DNA of 64,000 nucleotides from an uncultured delta proteobacterium (GTDB lineage Bacteria; Desulfobacterota; BSN033; UBA1163). Shown piece after piece: positions 52,681-63,427 of the stretch. Under the pieces are notes generated by a model. It searched no databases, was not told where the DNA came from, and worked only from the letters and a program-made list of their open reading frames with translations. Both the position numbers and the translations under genes were made by a program. Where the stretch lies: NCBI GenBank assembly GCA_963708295.1, contig CAVPSJ010000011.1, forward strand, positions 224,001-288,000, written 5' to 3'. The first letter of the stretch is position 1, and each line of letters starts with the position of its first letter.

Positions 52681-53050
52681 CTAAATCACCTCCTTTGTAA
52701 GGGATAAATTGTTTTGAGTCGAATCGAAATCAGCTTCCCTAAAACGATGCCCATCATAAACCATCGATATTTTAAAAGTCAAGCCTTTTATTTCAAAAAT
52801 TATTTCAAAATTTAATATGCTAAACCCTTCATCCTCTGACAAAAAAAAGACTCCATCCGTTCGAAGAGAACCTTCTCCGTGCCTTCCGGTCTCTCTGATT
52901 CAATCTGCTGAAGCGCCTCTCCCTCGGAATCCCCCGTTCTGGCTTTGGAAAACTCCTCCGGGGACGGATCGATTTCCCCTCTTTCTAATTTCGAAGCTGT
53001 TTTGGCCCTCGCACAAAGCACGACCTGAGAGAGAAGAAGGATGAATGCAG

Positions 53051-53629
53051 TTAAAGGTGCCGAAGATCATTGGGGTCGAACTGTAAAATAAAAAAGATCT
53101 TATTCTCGATCCCGTAGATCTCCATCTGCAGCCGCTCCAGGTAGTCCATGGCCTTCGGATTCAAACCGTATCTGGCCTTCAGATCGTCAAACCTTTCCCT
53201 TAGCGAAACGATTCGATCGTGCATCACTCGTTTATCCGCATAATTGACGATTTCTTCTTCAGTAACGCAGGAAGGGTTTCCCTGTTTCCCTAACCAAATA
53301 TGCTGTGTCACGACGTCTCCAACTCTTTCGTACCCCATTCCTTTCAAGACTTGACCGCCTGTCCGTGCATGGTCGTCCTTTGTCTTGAGACACTCTGTCT
53401 TGGTAAGGTCATGTAATAAAGAGCCCGCTTCCACCAAATCGAGATCAATCTTTTGGCCTCTCTTATTTAGCTCGACTGAGAGGAAAAGGGCTACCTTAGC
53501 CACCTCTAGGCTATGGGAAACGATGTTTTCCAGCATTCCATATTTAATCATCAAGCTCAGACATTCTTCCCTGCTGGGGATCATCTTCAATCCGGTTCCA
53601 GATTTCCTAGAAATAAGTGTGCGTCTCAA
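53051..53629 (-). CDS. HD/HDIG-domain protein
   Basis: HS, LLHDL, DH and YADKR motifs. Confidence 0.85.
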   Translation of the reverse strand: MRRTLISRKSGTGLKMIPSREECLSLMIKYGMLENIVSHSLEVAKVALFLSVELNKRGQKIDLDLVEAGSLLHDLTKTECLKTKDDHARTGGQVLKGMGYERVGDVVTQHIWLGKQGNPSCVTEEEIVNYADKRVMHDRIVSLRERFDDLKARYGLNPKAMDYLERLQMEIYGIENKIFFILQFDPNDLRHL

Positions 53630-53827
53630 ATAAGTTGTCGCCGTAGAGTGTTGTTTCGAACGAAGTAAAGCAACCCCGTTAGAATGTCACGCTTGCGCGC
53701 CGCAGCGCCTCAGCGCGCGGGCGGATCGACCAAAAAGAAAAAAGCGATACCTGCAATCCTAAAATAAAAGTCGTCGACTGCATGTTTACTTCCCTAGCTA
53801 TTCGACCCCCGACCAATGATGCTGACC

Positions 53828-55279
53828 CTAGGGATGCTGAATGATGAGGTATCCTTCCACTTTCTTCTTTATGAGATTCGTGACAAAGACATTCCAAACA
53901 TTTTCTTTCTGGGCTTCTTCAAAAGGGATAGAAAATTCCACTTTGAGGGGGCTTTTCCCTGTCAGGGTGGGGGTCCCTTCTAAACTCCCCAATTTCTTGA
54001 AAGAAAGTTTCAGTGAGTTCCCGCCCCACTCCCACCTCACCTCGATCGTCACCTTTTCTGTTTGAGCTTTGCTTCGGAGCCGTGGTGCAAGAAAAGAAAA
54101 AGAGAACTCTTCCTTCCCCTGGGGCCTGATTTGAAACGGAAAGATGATGAATGTTCTTTCAAATACATTATTTTCCGGATGGATGTCATCGGAGGATAGC
54201 TCGGGAGAGATTGACACTTTCACTCTGGAAACCCCGGCAAGTCCTACCTGATACGGAGGGGCGACCGTGTAACGATTCTTAAGATTTGCCTTTAATGCCT
54301 CCGAAATGAAATGGTCAAACTCCGACATCTTCTGGTCATTCACAAATACCTGAACCTGAAAGATGGCCCCCTTCCGGAGTTCAACCTCCCCGGCATTGGA
54401 CAGGATGATCACGAGCTCAAAGTCCTCCGTCAACTCCAATTGTTTGACAACGATGTCCGGTCCCGCAGGAGATCCTTCCAGTATTTTCCTCAGGTGGTTA
54501 TTCTCCTCATTGGACTCCTTCACCTCTTTAGAAAAGGTCACATGGGCGTCAATTTCATGTCGTCCAACAACGATCAGGGGAGTCGTCAGAGTCATCGTTC
54601 CTTTCACTGGAAGAGAGGACTGATCAGATAGGCTCCGGAACACATAACTTCCTTTCGGGGACCCATCAACCAGGATCTTCAAATTGCCCTCCCCTAAAGG
54701 AAGTGGGCTATCCCCGAAATTGGCGATGGTCACTGCCAATTCCTTGCGGGAGGTGAGGAAAAGATCGGTGATGGCAAGGTCTGGGAAAGGGGGTTTGGTC
54801 TCTTTTTTTTCCCTCTCCAAGACTTTAGGAAAAACTTTACTCGACTTATTTTCTTCAACTGTCTTCTCTTCCTTATCCAGGACAGCCCGGACCTCATGCT
54901 TGCCGACCAACTCAACCGGAGTCGTATAGAGGGTCGTACCTCCTGGTCCCAGAAACCCCTGATCCGGAAGGGTTCCAAGAGAGTCTTTCCATTTCAAAAG
55001 GCCATCTACGTAAATCGTTAAACTCCCGATACCGTACGGAGCGGGTCCCTCCCCAACATTTGTAAGCATCACCTCTATCTTTCCGGTCTCACTTAATGAA
55101 ATATCGGAAATGATAAGGTTAGGAAGGAGGACAGGTTGGGGCGCAGGAGATGGAACAGGCTGGGATGCAGGTGGGGAAACGGGTGGAGCAGAAGGAGGTT
55201 GAGGGGTATGGGCGACTTGTGCGGCACAACTGAAAAGAAAGACGGACAAGGCGAAAATCGCAATCGCCCATTTAACCAT
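53828..55279 (-). CDS. Lipoprotein with three CARDB-like Ig domains
   Basis: FSC lipobox, Pro-rich linker, repeats PNLIISDI / PDLAITDL / PDIVVKQL ending in ESNEENN-like motifs. Confidence 0.8.
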   Translation of the reverse strand: MVKWAIAIFALSVFLFSCAAQVAHTPQPPSAPPVSPPASQPVPSPAPQPVLLPNLIISDISLSETGKIEVMLTNVGEGPAPYGIGSLTIYVDGLLKWKDSLGTLPDQGFLGPGGTTLYTTPVELVGKHEVRAVLDKEEKTVEENKSSKVFPKVLEREKKETKPPFPDLAITDLFLTSRKELAVTIANFGDSPLPLGEGNLKILVDGSPKGSYVFRSLSDQSSLPVKGTMTLTTPLIVVGRHEIDAHVTFSKEVKESNEENNHLRKILEGSPAGPDIVVKQLELTEDFELVIILSNAGEVELRKGAIFQVQVFVNDQKMSEFDHFISEALKANLKNRYTVAPPYQVGLAGVSRVKVSISPELSSDDIHPENNVFERTFIIFPFQIRPQGKEEFSFSFLAPRLRSKAQTEKVTIEVRWEWGGNSLKLSFKKLGSLEGTPTLTGKSPLKVEFSIPFEEAQKENVWNVFVTNLIKKKVEGYLIIQHP

Positions 55280-55516
55280 AGAAAAGATTCCCCCTCCTAG
55301 GAGAGGAAAATAACGCATCAAGCAATGAAATGCAAGAGATTTCTCCCTTTTAAGATTGATTTCATGAGGAATTACGATATACTCCTGTTGTTTCGAGGAG
55401 CTGAATACTTTAAAGCCCGTTGATCCCGATATATTGTTCCAGACCCTAGACTTCTTAGGGCAACCAAAAGACTCAACAAAAAGTCATCCATGTAAGTGAG
55501 ACTTGGAGACAAATTC

Positions 55517-55780
55517 ATGCCCACTAACGCAGAACGTGTCCCAAGCAAGGCGAGTAAGATCATTCTATTCTGGAGTAACTGGTTGCTGGTTTTGTTTCTC
55601 GGTAGGAGATTTATGGGTTCCCCTGGAGATGGTGTGGATTTCTTGCTTAAGAATTTGGGTACTTTCGCCATTGCTATAATCGCCACAATCGTAATGCTTC
55701 GCTATCTTCACGGGGTTATTTTTAAAATGACGATAGCCGTAATTTGGATTGTAACAATTTTGATTGCTGCGGTATTATGA
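55517..55780 (+). CDS. Small hydrophobic hypothetical protein
   Basis: Three TM-like segments; AT-rich; GGAG RBS. Confidence 0.45.
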   Translation: MPTNAERVPSKASKIILFWSNWLLVLFLGRRFMGSPGDGVDFLLKNLGTFAIAIIATIVMLRYLHGVIFKMTIAVIWIVTILIAAVL

Positions 55781-55908
55781 GTTTATTAGTTTTTCCCTTT
55801 CCAAGACTGATGAAGATCTTTCATTACCGACCCCAACAAAATGCTGTATCAGACTTAGACCATTATTCCATTTTTGCCTTCGAGTCCTTGTTGATTCTTC
55901 GATTCGAT

Positions 55909-56680
55909 TTAGCGGGCGGTCCAGCCTCCGTCGATGAGAAGGACATGGCCTGTGACCATATTGGAAGCTTCTGAAGCCAGATAGATGATCGCTCCGGTAA
56001 TATCCTTCGTCTGCGCTATCCGGCCTAAAGGAATGTTTCCCAGAACGGAGTCTCGAAAACCCTTTTCTTCAAACATCGGCTTTGTCAGGGGAGTTTCAAC
56101 AAAGGTTGGAGCAATCGCATTCACGTTGATCTGATACGGAGCCCACTCGATAGCCAGAACCTTTGTCAGAAGATTGACCCCTGCCTTGCTTGATGAATAG
56201 GATGCCCTCCGCTCGAGACCCACGCTGCCCATCGTCGACGAAACATTGATGATCTTTCCTTTTCTCTGCTGGATCATCACCTTTCCAACCGCCTGGCAGC
56301 AAAAAAAGAGACCCTTAAGATTCAGGTTAATGACTCGATCCCACGCCTCTTCCGTAACCTCAGTTGCCCATTGAGGGATGTTGATCCCGGCGTTATTGAC
56401 CAAAATATCGATATGGCCGAAAACCTTTGTTGCCTCGTTTACCAACGCCTGGATTTCCGGAATCTTAGTGAGGTCTGCCTGCTGAATTAAGACTTTTCGA
56501 CCGAGCCTCTCGATCTCGGGTTTGATCTTTTGGAGATCGGGAAGGATGTCACACACAATCAGATCGGCTCCATATTTAGCCAGGGCCAGGGCAAATTCGC
56601 GGCCCATGCCTCTTCCTGCTCCGGTGACAAGGGCCAACTTTACCTGTGAGGTCGAATTCAGAAAAAGGATTGCCTCCCAT
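55909..56680 (-). CDS. SDR family oxidoreductase (KduD/FabG-like), N-terminal frameshift ~56636
   Basis: FDLTGKV in the upstream frame; TGAGRGMG, NNAG and YSSSK motifs. Confidence 0.88.
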
Positions 56681-56735
56681 GCTTCTCACCTCCTGGGAAC
56701 TGTTTCGTAATCGAGAAAACAACTCTTCCCAAAAT

Positions 56736-56943
56736 CTCCCCCTACCCCTCACTGCTAAAGAGGGGAGTGACTCCCTTGCGTAAACAGGGGCGATATTTAC
56801 ACCCTCATGGTCTGCGCAATAATTGGATTCAACATAACATGCCACCCGATACCAATCAAGAAACGTTCCCTCACCGCGCCGTCGCCAAAGCGGCTATGGC
56901 TCGTCGGCGGGCTCCACAGCCCTCTCCTTGGTGGGGAGAGGGC
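56736..56943. repeat. REP-like hairpins
   Basis: ctccccc...ggggag and gccctctcc-ttggtg-gggagagggc hairpins related to 1444-1590. Confidence 0.5.
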
Positions 56944-57067
56944 TGGATGATGAGACCTTGACACTCATCAGCTAAAATTGTATCTCTTGGAAATAGGTAG
57001 CAATGGTCCGTTTGGGGGCAGATGAGTTCTGTCCCAAACTTTCAATGGGTCATTTCCCGGAGGATGC

Positions 57068-58102
57068 ATGAAGGAATTTATCGATCTCAGAAGCGATACC
57101 GTGACCAAACCCACGCCTGCCATGAGAAAAGTCATGGCAGAGGCAGAGGTGGGCGATGATGTCTTTGGCGAAGACCCTACCGTGAATGCCCTGCAGGAAA
57201 CCGTGGCCCATCTTCTCGGAAAAGAGGCCGCCCTCTTCGTTCCGTCGGGGACAATGGCTAATCAGTTGTCCATCAAATCCCATACCCAGCCCGGCGATGA
57301 GGTAATCATCGAAACCTCTTCACATCCTTACAATTTTGAGGGGGGAGCGGGAGCAGCCCTTTCGGGTATCCAATTTCAGTGCCTGAAAGGGACACGTGGC
57401 ATTCTCGATGCCTCCCAGATTGAAGAAAGCATCCGGCCCGCCGATCATCACTTTGCAGTCACGCGGCTCATCTGTCTTGAAAACACGCACAACCGCGGTG
57501 GCGGCTCCGTCTACCCGCTTGAGAAAATGACCGAAATCTATCGATTGGCGAAATCGAGAGACCTCGCAGTCCATCTCGACGGGGCCAGGCTTTGGAATGC
57601 CTCCGTGGCCACGGGAATCAAACCCCAGGAATATGCTCAATGGGCAGACTCTGTATCGGTCTGTCTCTCCAAGGGATTAGGGGCTCCCATCGGCTCCCTG
57701 GTCGCCGGTTCCAAAGGATTCATCGAACGCGTTCATCGTTTTCGAAAGATGTTCGGGGGCGGAATGCGTCAGGTAGGAATCATTGCTGCTGCCGGGATCT
57801 ATGCTCTGGACCATCACCTCGGACGTATCAAAGAAGACCATCAGAATGCGAAGCGCCTGGCAGTAGGTTTGAAAGAGTTTAAGGGAGTCTCCATCGACCC
57901 GAAACATGTGGAAACGAATATTGTCATCTTCGATGTCGCCAACACCAGGATGACAGCCGCCCAGCTGGCGGAAGCGATGAAGAAGGAAGGAATCCTCATC
58001 CATGCTTTTGGCAAGATGCAAATCCGCCTGGTCACCCATTTGGATGTCACCGCCGAAGATATTGAGAAGGCTTTGGAAACCTTTAAAAAGGTCTTTCGGT
58101 AA
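57068..58102 (+). CDS. ltaE: Low-specificity L-threonine aldolase
   Basis: [26 protein letters not shown] and CLSKGLGAP motifs. Confidence 0.95.
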   Translation: MKEFIDLRSDTVTKPTPAMRKVMAEAEVGDDVFGEDPTVNALQETVAHLLGKEAALFVPSGTMANQLSIKSHTQPGDEVIIETSSHPYNFEGGAGAALSGIQFQCLKGTRGILDASQIEESIRPADHHFAVTRLICLENTHNRGGGSVYPLEKMTEIYRLAKSRDLAVHLDGARLWNASVATGIKPQEYAQWADSVSVCLSKGLGAPIGSLVAGSKGFIERVHRFRKMFGGGMRQVGIIAAAGIYALDHHLGRIKEDHQNAKRLAVGLKEFKGVSIDPKHVETNIVIFDVANTRMTAAQLAEAMKKEGILIHAFGKMQIRLVTHLDVTAEDIEKALETFKKVFR

Positions 58103-58129
58103 TTTCGATATTCGGATCTTAGGAAGGCT

Positions 58130-58447
58130 ATGTCTGACCCGATCGTTGTCTTCGTAACTTGCGGCTCTGAAGAAGAGGCGCTCAAGATTGCCAATGCCCT
58201 GGTCGAGGACCATCTGGCCGCCTGCGTGAACCTTGTCGCTCCCATCCGCTCCATCTATCGATGGGAGGGGAAGATCTGGGACGAAAAGGAATGGCTGTTG
58301 ATTGTCAAAACACAAAAGCACAGGTTTGAAACATTGGAAAAAAAAGTGAAGTCCCTTCACTCCTATTCTGTTCCTGAGATTATCAGCGTACCCATCACGG
58401 AGGGTTCTTCGGCTTACCTCAACTGGATCGGAGAAAATATAAGGTAA
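58130..58447 (+). CDS. cutA: Divalent-cation tolerance protein CutA
   Basis: LAACVN, SIYRWEG and HSYSVPEI motifs. Confidence 0.94.
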   Translation: MSDPIVVFVTCGSEEEALKIANALVEDHLAACVNLVAPIRSIYRWEGKIWDEKEWLLIVKTQKHRFETLEKKVKSLHSYSVPEIISVPITEGSSAYLNWIGENIR

Positions 58448-58500
58448 TTGTCCAAGGTTAGGGCGACGAAGTCAGTTTCGTATATCGTCAAAGGGGGAGA

Positions 58501-58592
58501 TGTCATTCCGGCCCCGATTTTCATCGGGATAAACTTCAGCCGGAATCCAGTGTTTTGCAGGGCCTCTGGATGCCGGATCAAGTCCGGCATGA
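58501..58592. repeat. GTCATTCC...GGCATGAC palindromic intergenic repeat
   Basis: tgtcattccggc...gccggaatccag...ctggatgccggatcaagtccggcatgac. Confidence 0.75.
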
Positions 58593-58666
58593 CGGACTCT
58601 GAGAGTTTATTGAAGAGTTTGAGGATTCAATGGGTGAAGGGTTCGAGCAAAAATCTCCTCGACCCC

Positions 58667-60136
58667 TCAGGTCAGATTTGGCTTCTTGAGATGAAAGTCA
58701 GTGTTCTGCTCGAAAGTGTAGGCTACCCTGAGAAGCATCTCCTCATCGAAATGCTTTCCCATGATTTGAAGTCCGACGGGAAGCCCTTCATGATTGAACC
58801 CGCAAGGAATGGATATCGCGGGGATTCCTGCCATATTCACCGGGATGGTAAGGATATCGGATAAATACATCTGGAGAGGGTCTCCTGTCTTCTCACCGAT
58901 TCGGAAAGCCGGCGTAGGTGCGGTCGGTGCCACAATGACGTCCACCTTTTGGAAAGCCTCTTCAAAGTCCTTCCTGATCAAGGTTCTCACCTGCGAAGCC
59001 TTTCGGTAGTAGGCGTCATAGTATCCGGCAGAAAGGACGTAGGTTCCCAGAATGATCCGTCGTTTCACTTCTTTTCCGAACCCTTTGGCCCGGGTCTGAG
59101 TATACATTTCCATCAGATCCCGATATCCTTTCGAACGGAGCCCGTACTTCACCCCATCGTATCGAGCCAGGTTGGAGCTGGCCTCCGCCGTTGCGATGAT
59201 GTAATAGACGGCCACCGCATATTCCGTATGCGGCAAAGAGATACTCTGGATTTCCGCTCCCCACCTCTTAAAAGAATCGACGGCATCCCTGACGGACCTC
59301 TCGACCTCCGGATCCATTCCTTCTACAAAATATTCTTCAGGGATCCCGACTCGGATCCCCTTGACATCCTTTTTGAGCGATTTTTTATAGTCCGGGACCT
59401 CTGCATTGACCGAGGTCGAGTCACAAGGGTCGTAGCCGCTGATCGCATTCATCAGAATCGCACAGTCCACCACATCCTTTGTGATCGGACCGATTTGATC
59501 CAAGGAGGAGGCAAACGCCACGAGTCCATATCTGGACACTCTACCATAAGTGGGTTTCAACCCGACCACGCCGCAACAGGCGGCGGGCTGTCTAATTGAG
59601 CCGCCCGTATCGGTCCCCAGAGCGCCGATGCACTCATCAGCAGCCACCGCGGCAGCCGAACCCCCACTGGAACCTCCCGGAATCCGATGAAGGTCCCAAG
59701 GGTTATGAGTGACTTGAAATCCTGAGTTTTCTGTGGAAGACCCCATGGCAAATTCGTCCATGTTGAGCTTTCCCAAGAAAACCGTATTTCTCTCCCTGAG
59801 CTTCTTAATGACCGTTCCGTCGTAAAAGGGGATATACCCTTCTAAAATCTTGGATCCACAAGTCGTCTGAGTCCCCTTTGTACACAGGATATCCTTCAAT
59901 CCTATCGGGACTCCTGCCAGATCTCCAATCTCTTCTCCCCTCGCAATCTTGCCGTCGACTTGATCGGCTTGGCGGAAAGCCCCTTCCTCCGTGAAAAGCA
60001 GATAGGCCTTCACCTTTCCTTCGACTTCTCGGATTCGTCGGTAGAGAGCCTCCGTGGCCTCTCTGGAGGTAACCTCTTTTCTGACTAAAAGATCGTGTAA
60101 TTGGTGAATAGTCAATTGATGGAGTTTCATTGTCAT
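58667..60136 (-). CDS. gatA: Asp/Glu-tRNA amidotransferase subunit A
   Basis: [17 protein letters not shown] and [10 protein letters not shown] motifs. Confidence 0.97.
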   Translation of the reverse strand: MTMKLHQLTIHQLHDLLVRKEVTSREATEALYRRIREVEGKVKAYLLFTEEGAFRQADQVDGKIARGEEIGDLAGVPIGLKDILCTKGTQTTCGSKILEGYIPFYDGTVIKKLRERNTVFLGKLNMDEFAMGSSTENSGFQVTHNPWDLHRIPGGSSGGSAAAVAADECIGALGTDTGGSIRQPAACCGVVGLKPTYGRVSRYGLVAFASSLDQIGPITKDVVDCAILMNAISGYDPCDSTSVNAEVPDYKKSLKKDVKGIRVGIPEEYFVEGMDPEVERSVRDAVDSFKRWGAEIQSISLPHTEYAVAVYYIIATAEASSNLARYDGVKYGLRSKGYRDLMEMYTQTRAKGFGKEVKRRIILGTYVLSAGYYDAYYRKASQVRTLIRKDFEEAFQKVDVIVAPTAPTPAFRIGEKTGDPLQMYLSDILTIPVNMAGIPAISIPCGFNHEGLPVGLQIMGKHFDEEMLLRVAYTFEQNTDFHLKKPNLT

Positions 60137-60140
60137 TCCA

Positions 60141-60262
60141 CAAGTGCCTAAAATGCCAAAAGTGAGCTAACGTGTCTAAAGTCAAAGGCCAAACAGATTC
60201 TTTCCGGTTTTTGTTTTTTAACTTAAGACAATTTAGTCATTTGAGTCACTTTAGGCACTCCA
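60141..60262. repeat. Inverted 9-bp tandem repeat tracts (AAGTGCCTA / TTAGGCACT type)
   Basis: aagtgcctaaaatgccaaaagtgagctaa ... ttagtcatttgagtcactttaggcact. Confidence 0.65.
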
Positions 60263-60263
60263 G

Positions 60264-60542
60264 TTACTCAATGATCCTCGGTACTTTAAAATGCCCATCC
60301 TCTTCATCGGGTGCAATAGCCAATACCTCTCCCTGGGGGAGAGAAGGTTTCACTTCGTCGTCTCTGAAGACATTATAGATAGGGATGGCGTGGGAAGTGG
60401 GTTCCACCCCGGTGGTATCGATCCGGTTTAATTGCTCCATATAGGTAAGGATTTGCTCCATCTGGTTCCCAAAAATCTCCTTTTCTTCATCGGACAACTC
60501 CAGACGAGCCAGTCTGGCTACCTTCTCGATATCCATCCCCAT
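60264..60542 (-). CDS. gatC: Asp/Glu-tRNA amidotransferase subunit C
   Basis: VARLARLEL...VEPTSH...FKVPRII. Confidence 0.95.
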   Translation of the reverse strand: MGMDIEKVARLARLELSDEEKEIFGNQMEQILTYMEQLNRIDTTGVEPTSHAIPIYNVFRDDEVKPSLPQGEVLAIAPDEEDGHFKVPRIIE

Positions 60543-60574
60543 GCGTTCAACTCCTCGCTTTCTTCCCTCACTGG

Positions 60575-63244
60575 CTATCCCAGCATCCCCTTTATCTTAT
60601 TCAGGCTTTCTTCCAATTTCTCGCGCTGGATGCGGAACTCCAGCGCTTTGTCCTTCACCTCCTGGACCACATCCGGAGGAGCTTTGGAAAGAAATTGCTC
60701 GTTGGAGAGTTTCTTCATAACGAAAACGCTTTCCTTCTCGGCTTTCAGTATCTCCTTCTGAAGTCTTTTGGCTTCCTCTTCCATTCGAGACCGCTCCATG
60801 GGGACAAAAATCTCAACATTTCGAACGACCACAAAGGCACTGAAGAGTGGTTTTTCAATCTCTCGCCCAAACTTAAATTCCTTGACCAGAGCGAGAAACT
60901 GAATGAAAGATTGATTCTCTCGAAGCTTCCTTTCCACTTCATCTGTCCCCGGTCGAAAGAGCACGGTCATCTGCTCTCCCGGTGGAAGGTTCATCTCCCC
61001 CCGAATGTTCCGAAGGGCACTGGTCACTTCGATGACCAGCCCCATCTTGTTGCTCACTCCTTCGTCATCATACCTTCCGTCCGGTTTTGGGAATTCGGCG
61101 ACCATAATCGATTCATTTTCTTTTCGTCCTGGAAGCTGCTGCCAAATTTCCTCCGTAATAAATGGCATGAAAGGATGAAGCAGTCTGAGAATGGCATCGA
61201 GGACCTCTACAAGCGTCTGCTGGGTAAGACTCTGTCTCTTCCGATCTCCTTCCTTATAGAGGTAGAGTTTGGTCATCTCCAGATACCAGTCGCAGAACTC
61301 GTGCCAGATGAAATGGTAAAGGGTATGGGTGACCTCGTTGAATTTATACCCCTCCAATGACTCGCGGACCTCCCGGATAACCTGGTTCAGCCTTCCCCGG
61401 ATCCAGCGATCCGGAAGGCTGAAATCTTCAGGCGGGATCCCCTGAGCGATTTCGTTCGCTTTAAAACTCTCAAGATTCATCAGGGCAAAGCGTGAGGCAT
61501 TCCAGATCTTATTGGCGAAGTGACGGTAGCCCTCTGTCCTGGACTCTGATAGTTTCAAATCGCTTCCAGGCATCGTTAATGCCGCAAGGGTGAACCGCAG
61601 GGCATCGGCACCGAAGCGGTCGATGAGGTCAAGGGGATCGACCACGTTTCCGCGGGTCTTCGAATATTTTTCTCCTCGCTCGTCTCTCACCAAGCCGTGG
61701 ATGTATACATCTCTGAAGGGAACATCGCCCATAAACTTCAAACCCATCATCATCATTCTGGCCACCCAGAAGAAAAGGATGTCGAAGCCCGTCACCAGGA
61801 CGGATGTGGGATAGAACTTCTTCAACAACTTCGTCTCCTTTGGCCACCCCATGGTGGAAAAAGGCCAGAGGGCAGAACTGAACCAGGTATCCAGAACGTC
61901 GGTCTCAGGGGTCAAGTGATCGGAACCACACTTCGGACAGGAGGTGGGCACCTCCTTGGAGACAATGACTTCTCCGCACCCGCTACAATACCAGGCCGGA
62001 ATTCGATGACCCCACCAGATCTGCCGTGAGATGCACCAATCCCTAATATTCTCCATCCATTCGAAATAGGTTTTCTCCCAGACGTCGGGAATGATTCGAG
62101 TCCTGCCTCCCCGAACAGCCTCAATGGCTTCCTTGGCCAATGGCTTGGTTTTCACAAACCACTGAAGGGAGAGGTTTGGCTCCACGATGGTCCGGCAACG
62201 ATAACAATGGCCGACCACATGGGGATAGTCCTCAATTTTGACCAATACGCCATCCCGCTCAAAATCTTCGACGATCTTCTCCCGGCACTCAAAACGGTCC
62301 ATCCCCCGATAAGGACCCGCATTTTCGTTCATATGGCCCTTTTCATCAATCACCTTGACCTGTTCGAGGCCGTGTTTCAACCCGATCTCAAAATCGTTGA
62401 AATCATGAGCCGGAGTGATCTTCAAACAGCCTGTGCCAAATTCAACATCCACATAGGGGTCCGCAATAACGGGAATCTCCCGATCGACCACGGGAAGGAG
62501 AACCTTCTCTCCGACCGCTGCACGATAGCGTTCATCCCCCGGGTTGACCGCCACCGCCGTATCCCCGAGCATGGTTTCCGGTCGCGTCGTCGCCACGACC
62601 ACAGAACGATTGCTTCCCTTGAAGGGATACTTCAGATGATAGAGTTTCCCTAAGACTTCCTCATGTTCCACTTCGAGATCGGACAGGGCGGTTTGGCATC
62701 GGGGGCACCAATTGATGATGTAGTTGCTCCGGTAGATCAGGCCTTCCCCATACAGACGGACAAAAACTTCTTTGACCGCATCGGAAAGGCCTTCATCCAT
62801 CGTAAACCGTTCACGATCCCAGTCGCACGAAGCGCCCAGTTTCTTCAACTGGTTGATGATCGTCCCCCCGGATTGCTCTTTCCACTTCCATACCCTCTCA
62901 ATCAGTTTTTCCCTTCCCAGGGTGTGCCGGTCGATCCCTTCCTCCAAAAGCTGTTTCTCCACGACGTTCTGGGTGGCAATGCCTGCGTGATCCGTCCCCG
63001 GCATCCAGAGGACCACGTAGCCCTCCATCCTCTTAAGGCGGATCAGAATGTCCTGCAGGGTATTGTTCAGTGCGTGTCCGATGTGGAGAACGCCCGTTAC
63101 GTTCGGGGGCGGGATGACAATAGAATAGGCTTTTCGTTTGGAATCTTCATCGGCCTTGAAATAGCCGCGCTTCTCCCACTGCTGATACCATTTCTCTTCC
63201 ACCTGATGCGGATTATAAGATTTTTCCAAGAGCTTTGGGGCCAT
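60575..63244 (-). CDS. valS: Valine--tRNA ligase
   Basis: PPPNVTGVLHIGH, DWCISRQIWWGH, DTWFSS and KYSKT (KMSKS-equivalent) motifs. Confidence 0.97.
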   Translation of the reverse strand: MAPKLLEKSYNPHQVEEKWYQQWEKRGYFKADEDSKRKAYSIVIPPPNVTGVLHIGHALNNTLQDILIRLKRMEGYVVLWMPGTDHAGIATQNVVEKQLLEEGIDRHTLGREKLIERVWKWKEQSGGTIINQLKKLGASCDWDRERFTMDEGLSDAVKEVFVRLYGEGLIYRSNYIINWCPRCQTALSDLEVEHEEVLGKLYHLKYPFKGSNRSVVVATTRPETMLGDTAVAVNPGDERYRAAVGEKVLLPVVDREIPVIADPYVDVEFGTGCLKITPAHDFNDFEIGLKHGLEQVKVIDEKGHMNENAGPYRGMDRFECREKIVEDFERDGVLVKIEDYPHVVGHCYRCRTIVEPNLSLQWFVKTKPLAKEAIEAVRGGRTRIIPDVWEKTYFEWMENIRDWCISRQIWWGHRIPAWYCSGCGEVIVSKEVPTSCPKCGSDHLTPETDVLDTWFSSALWPFSTMGWPKETKLLKKFYPTSVLVTGFDILFFWVARMMMMGLKFMGDVPFRDVYIHGLVRDERGEKYSKTRGNVVDPLDLIDRFGADALRFTLAALTMPGSDLKLSESRTEGYRHFANKIWNASRFALMNLESFKANEIAQGIPPEDFSLPDRWIRGRLNQVIREVRESLEGYKFNEVTHTLYHFIWHEFCDWYLEMTKLYLYKEGDRKRQSLTQQTLVEVLDAILRLLHPFMPFITEEIWQQLPGRKENESIMVAEFPKPDGRYDDEGVSNKMGLVIEVTSALRNIRGEMNLPPGEQMTVLFRPGTDEVERKLRENQSFIQFLALVKEFKFGREIEKPLFSAFVVVRNVEIFVPMERSRMEEEAKRLQKEILKAEKESVFVMKKLSNEQFLSKAPPDVVQEVKDKALEFRIQREKLEESLNKIKGMLG

Positions 63245-63270
63245 TGATACACCCTTTATCCTCCCTAATA

Positions 63271-63401
63271 GGTTGCCGAAAAACGCCCATCTGCTGCGGT
63301 GTCTGGTCCCTCTCGGGGACGTGGCAAGAAGTCACTCCTCATTCATCGTGATGCCACTCTCAGGATTTCGAAACCCTTGCATGTGGGCATTTTTGAGCAC
63401 C
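63271..63401. repeat. MITE-like repeat with imperfect terminal inverted repeats
   Basis: ggttgccgaaaaacgcccatctgc ... gcatgtgggcatttttgagcacc. Confidence 0.6.
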
Positions 63402-63427
63402 CTAACAAACCACCTTAACTATCCCTT

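Noticed and set aside
53645-53725. Integron attC site (TTCGAAC...GTTAGAA plus a GC-rich palindrome)
   Set aside because: The spacing is too short, there is no cassette array, and xerD lacks the IntI insertion
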